Origin: Vicinamibacterales bacterium | Lineage (GTDB): Bacteria; Acidobacteriota; Vicinamibacteria; Vicinamibacterales; UBA8438 | Assembly (NCBI GenBank): GCA_965262925.1 | Contig: CBDHGC010000004.1 | Span: 6,577,869-6,641,868, forward strand | Length of the DNA: 64,000 nucleotides | Direction of reading: 5' to 3' | Shown here: piece by piece, positions 20,589-31,089 of the stretch | Position numbering within the stretch: position 1 is the first letter of the stretch | Layout: each line of letters begins with the position of its first letter | Program-made: the position numbers and the translations under genes | Notes under the pieces: model-generated | Seen by the model: only the letters and a program-made list of their open reading frames with translations | What the model was told of the DNA's origin: nothing | Database searches by the model: none

Positions 20589-23038
20589 GATTGCGACATC
20601 CTCATCTGAAACGGCGTGCTCCGAACGATGCCCAGGACGATGGACGAGAACCGGAAGTCGTTCTGCGCCGCGTCGTGCACGATGGCGCGGACCGCCGGCA
20701 TGTCGTACGACTCGACGTTGCGGCCGAGCGCGTAGGTCAGCAGCTTCTCGGTCACGGTGGCGACGAACCGCTGCGGGTCGCGCAGCAACGCCTGCCGCAT
20801 CCCCGCCGGTCCTTCGAACGACATGCCGTCGGGCAGAACGCCCGACGCGTCGATCGGCCCGTTGGACTCGCTGCGTGTGCGCCAGCGGCCGACAGCGTCG
20901 AAGTTCTCGAGGGCGAAGCCGAGCGGGTCCATCTGGGCGTGGCAGCTTGCGCAGGCCGGATTCGCCCGATGCCGCTCCATCGCGGCCCGCATCGACAGCG
21001 CCGCGCCGTCGTCGGTCGTCTCCGCGAGGGCGGGAATGTCCGGCGGCGGGGGGGGCGGCGGCGACGCCAGCAGATTCTCCAGGATCCACTTGCCGCGCAG
21101 CACCGGCGAGGTGCGCGTCGCATATGAGGTAAGAGTCAGGATGCCGCCCTGGCCCAGCAGTCCGCGCCGCGCGGTACCGTCCAGCGACACGCGCCGGAAG
21201 TGGCTGCCGTAGACGTGGGGCATCCCGTAGTGCTTCGCGAGCCGCTCGTTGACGAAGCTGTAGTCGGCGGTCAGCAGCTCGCCGACGCTCCGGTCCTCAC
21301 GCAGCACGCTGTCCATGAACAGCTCGGTCTCGCGCTGAAACGCCTGCCGGAGGTTCTCGTCGAAGCCGGGGAAGAAGCCGGGGTCCGGCTCCTTGGCCTC
21401 GACGTCGCGCAAGTAGAGCCACTGCTCGGCGAAATTGTCGACGAGCGCGCGCGAGCGGCGGTCGGCCAGCATGCGCTGCACCTGCGCCTCCAGCACCGCC
21501 GGGTCGCTGAGGGTGCCGTCGATCGCGCGGTCGAGCAACTCGTCGTCGGGGATGCTGCTCCAGAGGAAGAACGACAGGCGCGAGGCCAGCTCCAGGTCAC
21601 CGACGCGATAAGGCGCGCCGGGCGCAACGTCGGCCGGGTCGCGCTCGATGCGGAAGAGGAACTCGGGGCTGACCAGCAGCCGCTCCAGGGCGCGCTGAAT
21701 GCCGCGATCGAAACCGCCCGCGGCGCGACCCTCCTCGTAGAACGGGAGCAGCAGGTCGAGATCGTCGCGGGTCACCGGGCGGCGGTACGCGCGGCGGGCC
21801 AGGGTCGACAGGATCTCCCGCACGCAGGGCTCCGCCGCCACGGCGCCGCCACGCGGCCGGCAAGTGAAGATACGCTCCCTGCTCGGCGTGTCGCCCGCGC
21901 CGTCGACCCCGTAGGGACCGCTGAGCGTCACCGTGGAGATGGCCGGCTCGCGCCGCTGCCCGCGCCGCGACGCGCGCACGAGGCTCTCGTGCTGCGCTCC
22001 GGTCTTCTGCAGGAAGGCCACCGCAATCTCCCGCGGCCCCCCGCCGAGCGGCACCCGGACGTCCACCGGCGGCTCCGCCTCGAACGTGAATACGCCGCTC
22101 GCCCCTCGCACCAGCGGCCGGCCGCCGATGGTGAAGAGGCCGACGCGTTCGCCGTCGACGCTCACCTCCACCTCGTGCTCCTCGCGCGCGGCCTGGGCGA
22201 ACTCGACGGTCAGGACGTACTCGCCGGCCGCCGGCAGGTGACTGCGGATCACCGTCCCGCCACGCGTGCCGAGCGGCAGGCCCTCCAGGTGGCCGTCCTG
22301 AATCAGGTCGCGGTCGAGCTGGTGGCGGTCGACGATAGGCGGCATGCTCGTATCGCCGACCGCGAGCCGGCTGATCTTGCGCGCCGCGGCCAGATATCGC
22401 TCCAGCGTCGACGGCGAAACGAACAGCAGCTCGGCGAGATTGTCGAAGCCGCTCGTGACGTTGTCCGCCGGCAGCAGCGTCGAGACGTCGAACTCCTTCG
22501 GGAGATTGTCGAGCGCCAGCAGATCGCGCACCGCGTTCTGGTACTCGGTGCGGCTGAGCCGGTGCAGCGCCGGCCGCCGGCCCGGATTGGGCGCGTCGGC
22601 AGCGGCCCGGTCGAGTTCCGTCTCCAACCAGCCGATGACCTCGTCGTACGTGGCGTCGTCGGGACGCGGACGCCCGACCGGCGGCATCGTGCGCGCCTCC
22701 AGCTTGCGGATGACGCGCTCCCACGCGTCGGGCTCGCCGGCCACGTGGCTCGGATCGAGCGCATCGAGCGCGAGGCCGGCGATGCGCAACTGCGAAACCT
22801 GCATCGACGGGGCCGTGCCGCGCCCGTTCACGATGCGCTCGTTGTGGCAGGTGACGCAGTACCGGTCGAGCGTCGCCTCCACGGCCGCGGCGGTCGCCTC
22901 GCCCTCCGCCGGAGGCGCGGACATCGCCGGCGCCGCGGCGAGCACGCAGCCCGATGCCACCGCCAGCACGACGCCCCGGACCCGGCGCACGGCCGGGCTG
23001 TCTCGCCGCGTCATCATCACATCACCCATCGGCATCAT
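20585..23038 (-). CDS. DUF1592/1588/1585/1587/1595 di-heme cytochrome c protein (copy 1)
   Basis: CVTCH, MPP, RLSRTEYQNAVRDLL, LASRLSFFLWSSIPDDELL, TSPVLRGKWILENLL, CASCH. Confidence 0.9.
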   Translation of the reverse strand: MMPMGDVMMTRRDSPAVRRVRGVVLAVASGCVLAAAPAMSAPPAEGEATAAAVEATLDRYCVTCHNERIVNGRGTAPSMQVSQLRIAGLALDALDPSHVAGEPDAWERVIRKLEARTMPPVGRPRPDDATYDEVIGWLETELDRAAADAPNPGRRPALHRLSRTEYQNAVRDLLALDNLPKEFDVSTLLPADNVTSGFDNLAELLFVSPSTLERYLAAARKISRLAVGDTSMPPIVDRHQLDRDLIQDGHLEGLPLGTRGGTVIRSHLPAAGEYVLTVEFAQAAREEHEVEVSVDGERVGLFTIGGRPLVRGASGVFTFEAEPPVDVRVPLGGGPREIAVAFLQKTGAQHESLVRASRRGQRREPAISTVTLSGPYGVDGAGDTPSRERIFTCRPRGGAVAAEPCVREILSTLARRAYRRPVTRDDLDLLLPFYEEGRAAGGFDRGIQRALERLLVSPEFLFRIERDPADVAPGAPYRVGDLELASRLSFFLWSSIPDDELLDRAIDGTLSDPAVLEAQVQRMLADRRSRALVDNFAEQWLYLRDVEAKEPDPGFFPGFDENLRQAFQRETELFMDSVLREDRSVGELLTADYSFVNERLAKHYGMPHVYGSHFRRVSLDGTARRGLLGQGGILTLTSYATRTSPVLRGKWILENLLASPPPPPPPDIPALAETTDDGAALSMRAAMERHRANPACASCHAQMDPLGFALENFDAVGRWRTRSESNGPIDASGVLPDGMSFEGPAGMRQALLRDPQRFVATVTEKLLTYALGRNVESYDMPAVRAIVHDAAQNDFRFSSIVLGIVRSTPFQMRMSQS

Positions 23039-23279
23039 TTCTGTAAGCGTGCGGTCGGTTCACGACGCGTATTTCATCGGGAGATCAGCCCCCACCGGCC
23101 AGCGGACGAACGGACACCAAGCCGCGCGCGGGCGCGTACCCGAAGAATTCCGCCCAGCTCCCTGTCGGTACCCGCCCTTTGTACGCTGCTCGCCGGGTGT
23201 TGTCAACGCAGACGCCACGCGATAGCATCCGCAATTACCCGTGTCCGGTCCTCCAACCATGCCTGGAAAGGGACATCTC

Positions 23280-24902
23280 ATGCGCGAAGAACGGGGCTGC
23301 CGGCGGCCGATGCTCGTCCTGGCCGCACTCGTCGCCGCCGCGATCACCCTGCCCTACGCCGCCGCGGCGGCCGACACGCCGCTGATGGAAGCGGCCAGAT
23401 CGGGCGACGCCGCCCGCGTCGCCGCTCTGCTGGCTCAGGGCGCCGACGCTCGGGCCGCCGAGCCGGACGGCACCACCGCACTGCACTGGGCGGCGCGCGT
23501 CGCAGCGGCGGAGGTCGTCGAGCACCTGCTCGCGGCCGGGGCCGACCCGGAGCGGGCGAACCGCTACGGCATCACCCCCCTGGCGCTCGCGGCGGAGAGC
23601 GGCGAGCCGGCCATCGTCGGCGCGCTGCTGGCGGCCGGGGCCGACCCCAACACCGCCACCCCCGCGGGCGAAACCGTTCTGATGGTAGCCGCTCGGACCG
23701 GGCGCGTCCCGGTCCTCGATCGGCTGCTCGCCGCCGGCGCGACGGTCGACGCCACCGAGAGCTGGCGGGACCAGACCGCGCTCATGTGGGCCGCCGCCGA
23801 GAACAACGCCGATGCGGTCCGGCGGCTGCTCGCGGCCGGGGCCGGCGTCGAGGCGCGCTCGGGCGCCGGGCTGACTCCGCTGCTGTTCGCGGTGCGGGAG
23901 GGCCATATCGACGCGGTCCGGGCCCTGCTGAACGGCGGCGCCGACGTCAACGCCGGGGTGAACAACACGACGGCAAGCACCGGCTCGTACACACCGGCCG
24001 CAACCGGCCATACGACGCCGCTCGCGCTGGCCATCGTCAACGCCCACTACGAGTTGGCCGCGACCCTGCTCGAGGCGGGAGCCGATTCGAACGCCTATGA
24101 CGCGCGCGGTACGTTACTGCACGCGCTGGCCTGGATCCGCCGCCCCGGCTCGGGCCGCCCGCCGGCGCCAACGGGGAACCTGGACAGCCTCGACCTGGCG
24201 CGGCGACTGCTCGCGCAGGGCGCCAATCCCAACGTGCGCATCGCGTGGCGGGAGATCTCGTTCGAGGTGGATCTGGGCATCGTCAAGCCGCCGCCGAACA
24301 TCTCGGTGGGCCGCAACTTCATCAGCTTCGTCGGCGCCACGCCGTTCTACCTGGCCGCCAAGCACGCGGACCTGGAGCTGATGAAGCTGCTGGTGGACTA
24401 CGGCGCCGACCCGTTGACGCCGACCGGGCAGGGCGTGACTCCGCTGATGGCGGCGGCCGGCCTGGGGTTCTGGGACGGCGAGAGTCCGGGTCCGCTCAAC
24501 GGCACCCCCGAGCGCGTGCGGCTCGAGGCACTGAAGATGACCCTCGCCCTCGGCAACGACCTGCATGCGGTTGCCGACTTCGGCGACACGGAGATCGAAG
24601 GCGACGGGGTGGACCTGCTGCTGCGCCACCCGCTGAACCTGCTGGAGCTGGACGCGCAGCGCGACCGGGGCGACATGCGCTGGGGCGGCTGCACGGCGCT
24701 GCACGGCGCCGCGATGATGGGCTCGAACCTGATCGTCCAGTACCTGATAGAGCAGGGTGCTGACGTCAACGCCCGCAACACCATTGGCTGGACGCCGCTG
24801 ATGGTCGCCGAAGGCGTCTTCGTGGCGAATACCGAAAAGGCGTGGCCGGAGACGGTGGCGCTGCTGCGTGAACTCGGCGGAGAAACGGTGGAACGACGAT
24901 GA
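23280..24902 (+). CDS. Secreted ankyrin-repeat protein (copy 1)
   Basis: Signal peptide; repeated GxTALHWAA / TPLxxAA. Confidence 0.9.
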   Translation: MREERGCRRPMLVLAALVAAAITLPYAAAAADTPLMEAARSGDAARVAALLAQGADARAAEPDGTTALHWAARVAAAEVVEHLLAAGADPERANRYGITPLALAAESGEPAIVGALLAAGADPNTATPAGETVLMVAARTGRVPVLDRLLAAGATVDATESWRDQTALMWAAAENNADAVRRLLAAGAGVEARSGAGLTPLLFAVREGHIDAVRALLNGGADVNAGVNNTTASTGSYTPAATGHTTPLALAIVNAHYELAATLLEAGADSNAYDARGTLLHALAWIRRPGSGRPPAPTGNLDSLDLARRLLAQGANPNVRIAWREISFEVDLGIVKPPPNISVGRNFISFVGATPFYLAAKHADLELMKLLVDYGADPLTPTGQGVTPLMAAAGLGFWDGESPGPLNGTPERVRLEALKMTLALGNDLHAVADFGDTEIEGDGVDLLLRHPLNLLELDAQRDRGDMRWGGCTALHGAAMMGSNLIVQYLIEQGADVNARNTIGWTPLMVAEGVFVANTEKAWPETVALLRELGGETVERR

Positions 24903-27061
24903 CCAAGAGACAACTGGGAAGCCTGACCGCTGCGCTCGCCTGCGCGGCGCTCGTCGCCGCGGCGACGCCGGGAACGGTGGCGGTGGAGGCGGCGGACAAC
25001 GACGGCGTCATTCGCGGCATCGTCACCAGCGCCAACGGTCCCGAGGCCGGCGTCTGGGTGATTGCCGAGACCGACGACCTCGAGACGGTGTTCCGCAAGA
25101 TCGTCGTCACCGACGACGACGGGCAGTACGTCCTGCCGGAACTCCCGGACGCGACCTTCGACGTCTGGGTCCGGGGCTATGGCCTCGTCGACTCCGAGCC
25201 GGTCGCCGGGCTTCCCGACCAGGAGCTCGACCTGACCGCGGCGGTAGCGGGGACGCCGCAGGAGGCGGCCCAGGTCTACCCCTCCAACTATTGGCTGTCG
25301 CTGATCAACCTGCCCGCCTCGCACGAGTTCCCCGGCACCGGCCCCGACGGCAACGGCATCAACCCGCTGATGGGTAGCCAGAGCGAGTGGATCAACAACC
25401 TGAAAGGCTGCCAGCGCTGCCACCAGGTGGGCAGCAAGCGCACCCGGGAGATCCCGGACGTCGAGGACTTCGACTCGGCCCGCTCCGCCTGGGACGACCG
25501 GGTGCAGCGCGGGCAGCGCGGCTCGCTGATGAACAGCTTTGTCACTCGTTTCGGCCGCGACGCCGGCCTCGACATGCTGGTGGACTGGACCGATCGCATC
25601 GCCGCCGGCGAGGCGCCCCCGGCTCCGCCGCGGCCGCAGGGCATCGAGCGCAACGTCGTGCTCACGATGTGGAACTGGGGCGACAACGTCGCCTTCGTCC
25701 ACGACGAGATCGCGACCGACAAGCGCAACCCGCGCGTCAACGCGAACGGCCCGCTCTACGGCGTCGACATCGGCAACGATTTCCTGCTGGTGACCGACAC
25801 GGTCGAGCACAGCTCGAAGATGATCAAGATCCCGCTGCGCGAGAACGACCCGCCGGTGCCGTCGATGTTCACCACCGAGGGCTTCAAGCCGTGGCGCGAC
25901 TTCGGCGCGGAGGCGGTCTGGAACGATCCCGCCAACCCGCACAACCCGATGATCGACGCCGAGGGGCGCGTCTGGCTCACGACCCGAGTCCGGCATCCGA
26001 ACAACCCCGACTGGTGCCGTGAAGGGTCCGACAACGCCTACGCGCGGTACTTCCCCATCGACCGGGCCGGCCGCCACACCGGCTACTACGATCCGGAGAC
26101 GGAAGACTTCGTGCTGATCGGCACCTGCTACGGGACGCACCATCTGCAGTTCGCCGAGGACGCCAACGACACGCTCTACTTCAGCGGCGGCGGCGCCGTC
26201 ATCGGCTGGCTCGACACGAAGCTCTACGACGAGACCGGCGACGAGCAGCTCGCGCAGGGCTGGTGCCCGACCGTCATCGACACCAACGGCGACGGCGCCA
26301 TCACCAAGCCGTGGAACGAGCCCGCCCCGCGCGGCAGCCGCGAGGAGCCCGCGTTCGACCAGGCCCTCGACACGCGCGTCGTGGTCGGCGCCTACGGCGT
26401 CATCGCCAACCCGCTCGACGACGCGGTCTGGATCGTCTCCGACGACTTCCCCGGCCGGATGCTGCGCCTCGAGCGCGGCGACAGCCCGCCGGAGACCTGC
26501 ATCAGCGAGCTGTACACCGTGCCGGTCGAGCAGGGCTACCGCACCCGCGGCCTCGACGTCGACCGCAACGGCGTGCTCTGGACGGCGCTGGCCGGCAGCA
26601 GTCACTTCGCCTCCTTCGACCGGAGCAGGTGCGCCGTCTTCGGCGGCCCCGAGGTGCGCGCCGGACGGCAGTGCGACGAGGGCTGGTCGCTCTACAAGGT
26701 GCCGGGCCCGAACTTCGGGAACACCGACATCGGGACCGACTTCCACTATTACAACTGGGTCGACCAGTTCAACACCCTCGGCCTCGGCGAGAACATCCCG
26801 ATCGCCAACGGGTCGAGCTCCGACTCGCTGCTGGCCCTCGACCCGCAGACCGGCGAGTGGGTGACCATGCGCGTCCCCTATCCGCAGGGGTTCCACAGCC
26901 GTGGCGTGGACGGACGGATCGACGATCCGGACGCCGGCTGGAAGGGGCGCGGCGTCTACGCCACCTATGGCGCCGACGCGGCGTGGCACGTCGAGGGCGG
27001 CCCGGTGGAGCCGGGGAACCTCGTGAAGTTCCAGATCCGGCCGGACCCGCTGGCGCACTGA
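24899..27061 (+). CDS. Secreted carboxypeptidase-regulatory-like / heme c (CQRCH) / beta-propeller protein
   Basis: GPEAGVWVIAET, VWVRGYGLVDS, CQRCHQ, NPHNPM, GTHHLQF, GRIDDP; ATGA-coupled to the ankyrin gene. Confidence 0.8.
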   Translation: MTKRQLGSLTAALACAALVAAATPGTVAVEAADNDGVIRGIVTSANGPEAGVWVIAETDDLETVFRKIVVTDDDGQYVLPELPDATFDVWVRGYGLVDSEPVAGLPDQELDLTAAVAGTPQEAAQVYPSNYWLSLINLPASHEFPGTGPDGNGINPLMGSQSEWINNLKGCQRCHQVGSKRTREIPDVEDFDSARSAWDDRVQRGQRGSLMNSFVTRFGRDAGLDMLVDWTDRIAAGEAPPAPPRPQGIERNVVLTMWNWGDNVAFVHDEIATDKRNPRVNANGPLYGVDIGNDFLLVTDTVEHSSKMIKIPLRENDPPVPSMFTTEGFKPWRDFGAEAVWNDPANPHNPMIDAEGRVWLTTRVRHPNNPDWCREGSDNAYARYFPIDRAGRHTGYYDPETEDFVLIGTCYGTHHLQFAEDANDTLYFSGGGAVIGWLDTKLYDETGDEQLAQGWCPTVIDTNGDGAITKPWNEPAPRGSREEPAFDQALDTRVVVGAYGVIANPLDDAVWIVSDDFPGRMLRLERGDSPPETCISELYTVPVEQGYRTRGLDVDRNGVLWTALAGSSHFASFDRSRCAVFGGPEVRAGRQCDEGWSLYKVPGPNFGNTDIGTDFHYYNWVDQFNTLGLGENIPIANGSSSDSLLALDPQTGEWVTMRVPYPQGFHSRGVDGRIDDPDAGWKGRGVYATYGADAAWHVEGGPVEPGNLVKFQIRPDPLAH

Positions 27062-27170
27062 GGGCGGCAACGGCAGCTCGTGGGCTGCCCGTCCGGCATC
27101 CGCGCCGGGCGGGCGCTCGTCGGCATCCACGCACTCACCGGATCGGGAACCGGCACAATCGGAGGCAACG

Positions 27171-27599
27171 ATGCGCAAGTGGCAGATTCTCGCTTTCGTC
27201 GGGTTCACGTTCGGAATCATCGGCAGCGGCTGGGCCATCGCCGAGCAGCAGCGCGCCGCCTCCCAGGTCTACGAGCTGCGCGTCTACAAGACGATGCTGG
27301 GCCAGCGGGAGGCGCTGGCGAAGCGGTTCGGCGACCACACCGCCGCGATGTTCGAGCGGGCCGGCATGACCAACGTCGGCTACTGGAACGCGGTGACCGG
27401 CGACGACGTCGAGGACACGTTCGTCTACCTGCTCGCGTATCCGTCCCGCGAGGCGCGCGACGAGATGTGGCGGGAGCTGGGCACCTTCGAGGACTTCCAG
27501 GAGATCATCATCGCGGTCGAGCGGGACGAGGAGCGCAAGCTGGTCGACAGCATCGACGCGCGGATCCTGGAGCCGACGTCGTACTCCGCGCTGAAGTAG
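27171..27599 (+). CDS. Secreted NIPSNAP family protein
   Basis: VYELRVY, RFGDHT, GMTNVGYW, YLLAYPSREA, LEPTSYS. Confidence 0.88.
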   Translation: MRKWQILAFVGFTFGIIGSGWAIAEQQRAASQVYELRVYKTMLGQREALAKRFGDHTAAMFERAGMTNVGYWNAVTGDDVEDTFVYLLAYPSREARDEMWRELGTFEDFQEIIIAVERDEERKLVDSIDARILEPTSYSALK

Positions 27600-27757
27600 C
27601 CGGGACCGCCGCCGAACTGACATTCCACGGCCGTGATGACCCTGCAATTCCGTACATCGGGTCCCGGATTGCAGGGTATTCCCAAGATCCCGCGGAGCAA
27701 TCGTCGCCCCCCGCCTCCGCCAGTTGCCCGCCGTCGCCTTGATCAGGCCGCGGCAGT

Positions 27758-28144
27758 TCAGCGGGGATCGTGTCGGCTGGCAATCGAATACGGCACCCGA
27801 ACGCCCGGATCGTCGGCCGGGAAGTCCTTCGTGTTGCGCGTGACCAGGACGCCGCCGATGCGGCGGGCGCTGGCCCAGATGATGGCGTCGGGCAGGCGGA
27901 TCCGATGCTCGCGCCGGATCGCCACGGCCAGCTCGCTCACATCATCGTCGATCGGTACGCGGGTGAAGCCGGACAGGAACCACCGGAGGCGTGCCGTCTC
28001 CGGGTCATCCTCTGCACCGACCATCACCTCCATCCACGTGATGGCGCTTATCGCCGGGTCGTGGTGCCGCGAGAGCTCGTCACGAGCCGCCTCGATGCCG
28101 TCGAGATAGTCGATCAGGATATTCGTGTCGATGAGGGCGCGCAT
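27758..28144 (-). CDS. vapC: VapC PIN-domain toxin
   Basis: IDTNILIDY, ITWMEV, LPDAIIWASA, LVTRNTKDF. Confidence 0.92.
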   Translation of the reverse strand: MRALIDTNILIDYLDGIEAARDELSRHHDPAISAITWMEVMVGAEDDPETARLRWFLSGFTRVPIDDDVSELAVAIRREHRIRLPDAIIWASARRIGGVLVTRNTKDFPADDPGVRVPYSIASRHDPR

Positions 28145-28147
28145 TCT

Positions 28148-28366
28148 TCACGACCACTCGCGCCGGAGACGGCGCTCGTACCGCAGGCCGTCCACGTTGT
28201 GGTCCCGCCAGATCCCGAACGCGTCTTCACGGTCGCCCACATGCCGCGCATCCAGGTAGTTCGCAACCGCGCGCCGGATGAGTTCGGCGCGCGACACGCC
28301 TTCGCGCCGACAGACGTCAGCCAGTTGGCGCACTTGCTCCTCGGGAAGCTCTATGATCGTTCGCAT
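28148..28366 (-). CDS. CopG/RHH antitoxin (VapB-like)
   Basis: MRTIIELPEEQ...GVSRAELIRRAV, AFGIW; directly upstream of the PIN toxin. Confidence 0.88.
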   Translation of the reverse strand: MRTIIELPEEQVRQLADVCRREGVSRAELIRRAVANYLDARHVGDREDAFGIWRDHNVDGLRYERRLRREWS

Positions 28367-28538
28367 GGCGTATGATGCCGATATATGATGACCATATTAG
28401 CCGCTGACCGCGGCGTGCGGCAAGCCTCCGGGCGGCGCTCGCGAAGTAGAGGCGCGCCTATAATGTGAGGCCTTCTGCCGGGCGGCTCGCTTCACCGACC
28501 TGGTGCGGCGCGGCCTGCCCGTTGGGTGGAGGTGGCTC

Positions 28539-28973
28539 ATGAATGCGGAGCGACTGGCGGTGGCGGGATCGCGGGCCTGGGTGGTGTGGCTCCGGACGAT
28601 CCTCGGGGCGGTGGCGGCCAACCTCGTCCTGCGCGCGGCGGCGCTTGCCGTCTTCGACATCCCGCCCGAGTTCGAGCCGTTGGCGGTCGCAGGACCGACG
28701 GTCTTCCTGACGGTGGTGGGAGTCGCCGCCGGGCTGGGGGTCGCCCTGGCCGTCGACAAGCGGTCCCCGCGTCCGGTCCCGTTGTTCCAGCGGATCGTCC
28801 TCGCCGCGCTGCTCCTCTCGCTCGTCCCGGACCTCTGGATGCTCACCAACAGCGGCGGCGAGGCGTTTCCGGGCGCCACCGTTCCCGCCGTGGTGACCCT
28901 GATGGTGCAGCACGTGGCGGCGGCCGCTGTCGTGCTGTGGAGCGTGACACACCCACTCGGCGCGGCCTCCTGA
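28539..28973 (+). CDS. Four-TM membrane protein (DUF6069-like)
   Basis: GGAGG RBS; hydrophobic helices; LLSLVPDL and LMVQHVAAA motifs. Confidence 0.75.
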   Translation: MNAERLAVAGSRAWVVWLRTILGAVAANLVLRAAALAVFDIPPEFEPLAVAGPTVFLTVVGVAAGLGVALAVDKRSPRPVPLFQRIVLAALLLSLVPDLWMLTNSGGEAFPGATVPAVVTLMVQHVAAAAVVLWSVTHPLGAAS

Positions 28974-29125
28974 GTTCCGCCGCGGCGCTCCGCGCGGCTC
29001 GGGCGGGGGTGGCGCCAATCACAACGGCGGACCGTTCCGTTCGGACCGGCACCGCCCTGTATGATGAATCCCGTCGAAAGAGAACGCTGGCCACAGCGGC
29101 GCTGACGAACGCGGAGACGAAGGCA

Positions 29126-31084
29126 ATGGCAGACAGCAGGACGGCACGCATTTTCCACCGGCAGTACGTCGGCGCTCTGGTTCTGGTCCTGGCGCTCGTC
29201 GGCTCCGGCACGGCGGCGGCCCAGCAGGGCGTGAGCGGCGAATGGCGCGTCCACGGCGGCGACGCCGGCTTCACGCGCTACGCGGCGCTGGATCAGATCG
29301 ACGCGGAGACGGTGGGCGATCTGCAGATCGCCTGGCGGCGCGAAGCGGTCGACACATCGCTCCGGGAGCGGTGGCCGGAGTTGCGCTACTCGAACCAGCT
29401 CCGCGCGACGCCGATCATGGTCGACGGCGTGCTCTACGCCTCGAACGGCATCGGCCTGGTGGAGGCCTTCGACCCGGGCACGGGCGAGACCATCTGGGTA
29501 CAGGACGCCGAGTTCCTCGGCGACGAGACGCCGCGCGGCGCGCCGAACCGGGGCGTCGCCTGGTGGGAGTCGGACGACGACCGGCGCATCTACGCGATTC
29601 GCCCGCCGTACCTGATGGCGGTCGACGCCGGGACGGGCCGGCTGATCGACGCGTTCGGCGACGCGGGCCTGGTCGACCTGAGCTACGACGCCGCGACCGG
29701 CTATTCGGGCACGTCGCCACCGCTGGTTGTCAAGGATGTCGTGATCCTCGGCAGCGCGATGGCCGACCATCCGTTCACCAAGGAGCAGCATCCCGGCGAC
29801 GTGCGCGCCTACGACGTGCGCACCGGCGCGCTGCGCTGGACCTGGAGCCCGGTTCCGCGGGCGGGCGAGCCGGGCGTCGAGACGTGGCTCGACAACTCCT
29901 GGGAGTACTCGGGGATGTCGAACGTCTGGACGATGTTCAGCGCCGACCTCGAGCTCGGCTACGTCTATCTGCCGACCGGCGCCCCGACCAACGACATGTA
30001 CGGCGGGCACCGCCCGGGCAACAACCTGTACGCGAACAGCCTGGTCTGCGTCGACGCCGAGACCGGCGAGCGCGTCTGGCACTTCCAGACGGTGCACCAC
30101 GACCTCTGGGACTACGACAACAACGTCGCGCCCATCCTGATGGACATCACCGTCGACGGCCGCGAGATCAAGGCGGTGGTACAGCTCACGAAGCAGGCCA
30201 TCGCCTACGTGTTCGACAGGGTGACCGGCGCTCCGGTCTGGCCGATCGTCGAGCGCGCGGTGCCCGGCTCGAACACGCCGGGCGAGTGGATCTCGCCGAC
30301 GCAGCCGTTCCCGACGAAGCCGCTGCCGTTCGACCGGCACGGCATCGGCATCGACGACCTGATCGACTTCACGCCGGAGCTTCGCGGCGAGGCGATGGAG
30401 ATCGTCGAGCCGTACATCCTCGGCGAAATCTTCACCCCGCCGTCGATCCGCGGCGAGGACGCGACCGACACGAAGGGGACGCTGCAGCTCCCCGGCTCGG
30501 TGGGCGGGGCCGAATGGGGCGGAGCCGGGTTCGATCCGGAGACCGGCATGCTCTACGTGCCGTCGGTCACCGGCGCGTTCGCGGCCGACCTGACGCCGGG
30601 GAACCCCGACCGCATGAACGTGCGCTACACGCGCGGCACCCGGGCGTTCCCGAACGGGCCGCAGGGGCTGCCGCTGACCAAGCCCCCCTACGGCCGGATC
30701 ACCGCCATCGACATGAATACCGGCGAGCATGTCTGGATGGTCCCCAACGGCGACGGGCCGCGGAACCACCCGGCGATCGCGCACCTCGACCTGCCGCCGC
30801 TCGGGCAGCCGGGCCGCGCGATGACCCTGCTCACGAAGACGCTGCTCTTCGTCAGCGAGGGCGACCCGATCATGGTCCGCACCCCGCCGGGCGCCGGCCC
30901 GGACGCCGGCCGCAAGGTCCGGGCGTTCGACAAGGAGTCGGGCGAGGTAGTCTGGGAAACCGAGTTCCCGGCCGGCACCAACGGCTCGCCCATCACCTAC
31001 CTGCACGAGGGCAAGCAGTACATCCTGATGCCGATCGGGTCGCTCCGGCATCCCGGCGAGTGGGTTGCGCTGGCGTTACCGTAA
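29126..31084 (+). CDS. PQQ-dependent dehydrogenase (quinoprotein glucose DH-like, soluble)
   Basis: RYAALDQI, ATPIMVDG, NRGVAWW, HHDLWDYD, GGAEWGG, KPPYGRITAID, SPITY. Confidence 0.9.
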   Translation: MADSRTARIFHRQYVGALVLVLALVGSGTAAAQQGVSGEWRVHGGDAGFTRYAALDQIDAETVGDLQIAWRREAVDTSLRERWPELRYSNQLRATPIMVDGVLYASNGIGLVEAFDPGTGETIWVQDAEFLGDETPRGAPNRGVAWWESDDDRRIYAIRPPYLMAVDAGTGRLIDAFGDAGLVDLSYDAATGYSGTSPPLVVKDVVILGSAMADHPFTKEQHPGDVRAYDVRTGALRWTWSPVPRAGEPGVETWLDNSWEYSGMSNVWTMFSADLELGYVYLPTGAPTNDMYGGHRPGNNLYANSLVCVDAETGERVWHFQTVHHDLWDYDNNVAPILMDITVDGREIKAVVQLTKQAIAYVFDRVTGAPVWPIVERAVPGSNTPGEWISPTQPFPTKPLPFDRHGIGIDDLIDFTPELRGEAMEIVEPYILGEIFTPPSIRGEDATDTKGTLQLPGSVGGAEWGGAGFDPETGMLYVPSVTGAFAADLTPGNPDRMNVRYTRGTRAFPNGPQGLPLTKPPYGRITAIDMNTGEHVWMVPNGDGPRNHPAIAHLDLPPLGQPGRAMTLLTKTLLFVSEGDPIMVRTPPGAGPDAGRKVRAFDKESGEVVWETEFPAGTNGSPITYLHEGKQYILMPIGSLRHPGEWVALALP

Positions 31085-31089
31085 GCCGG

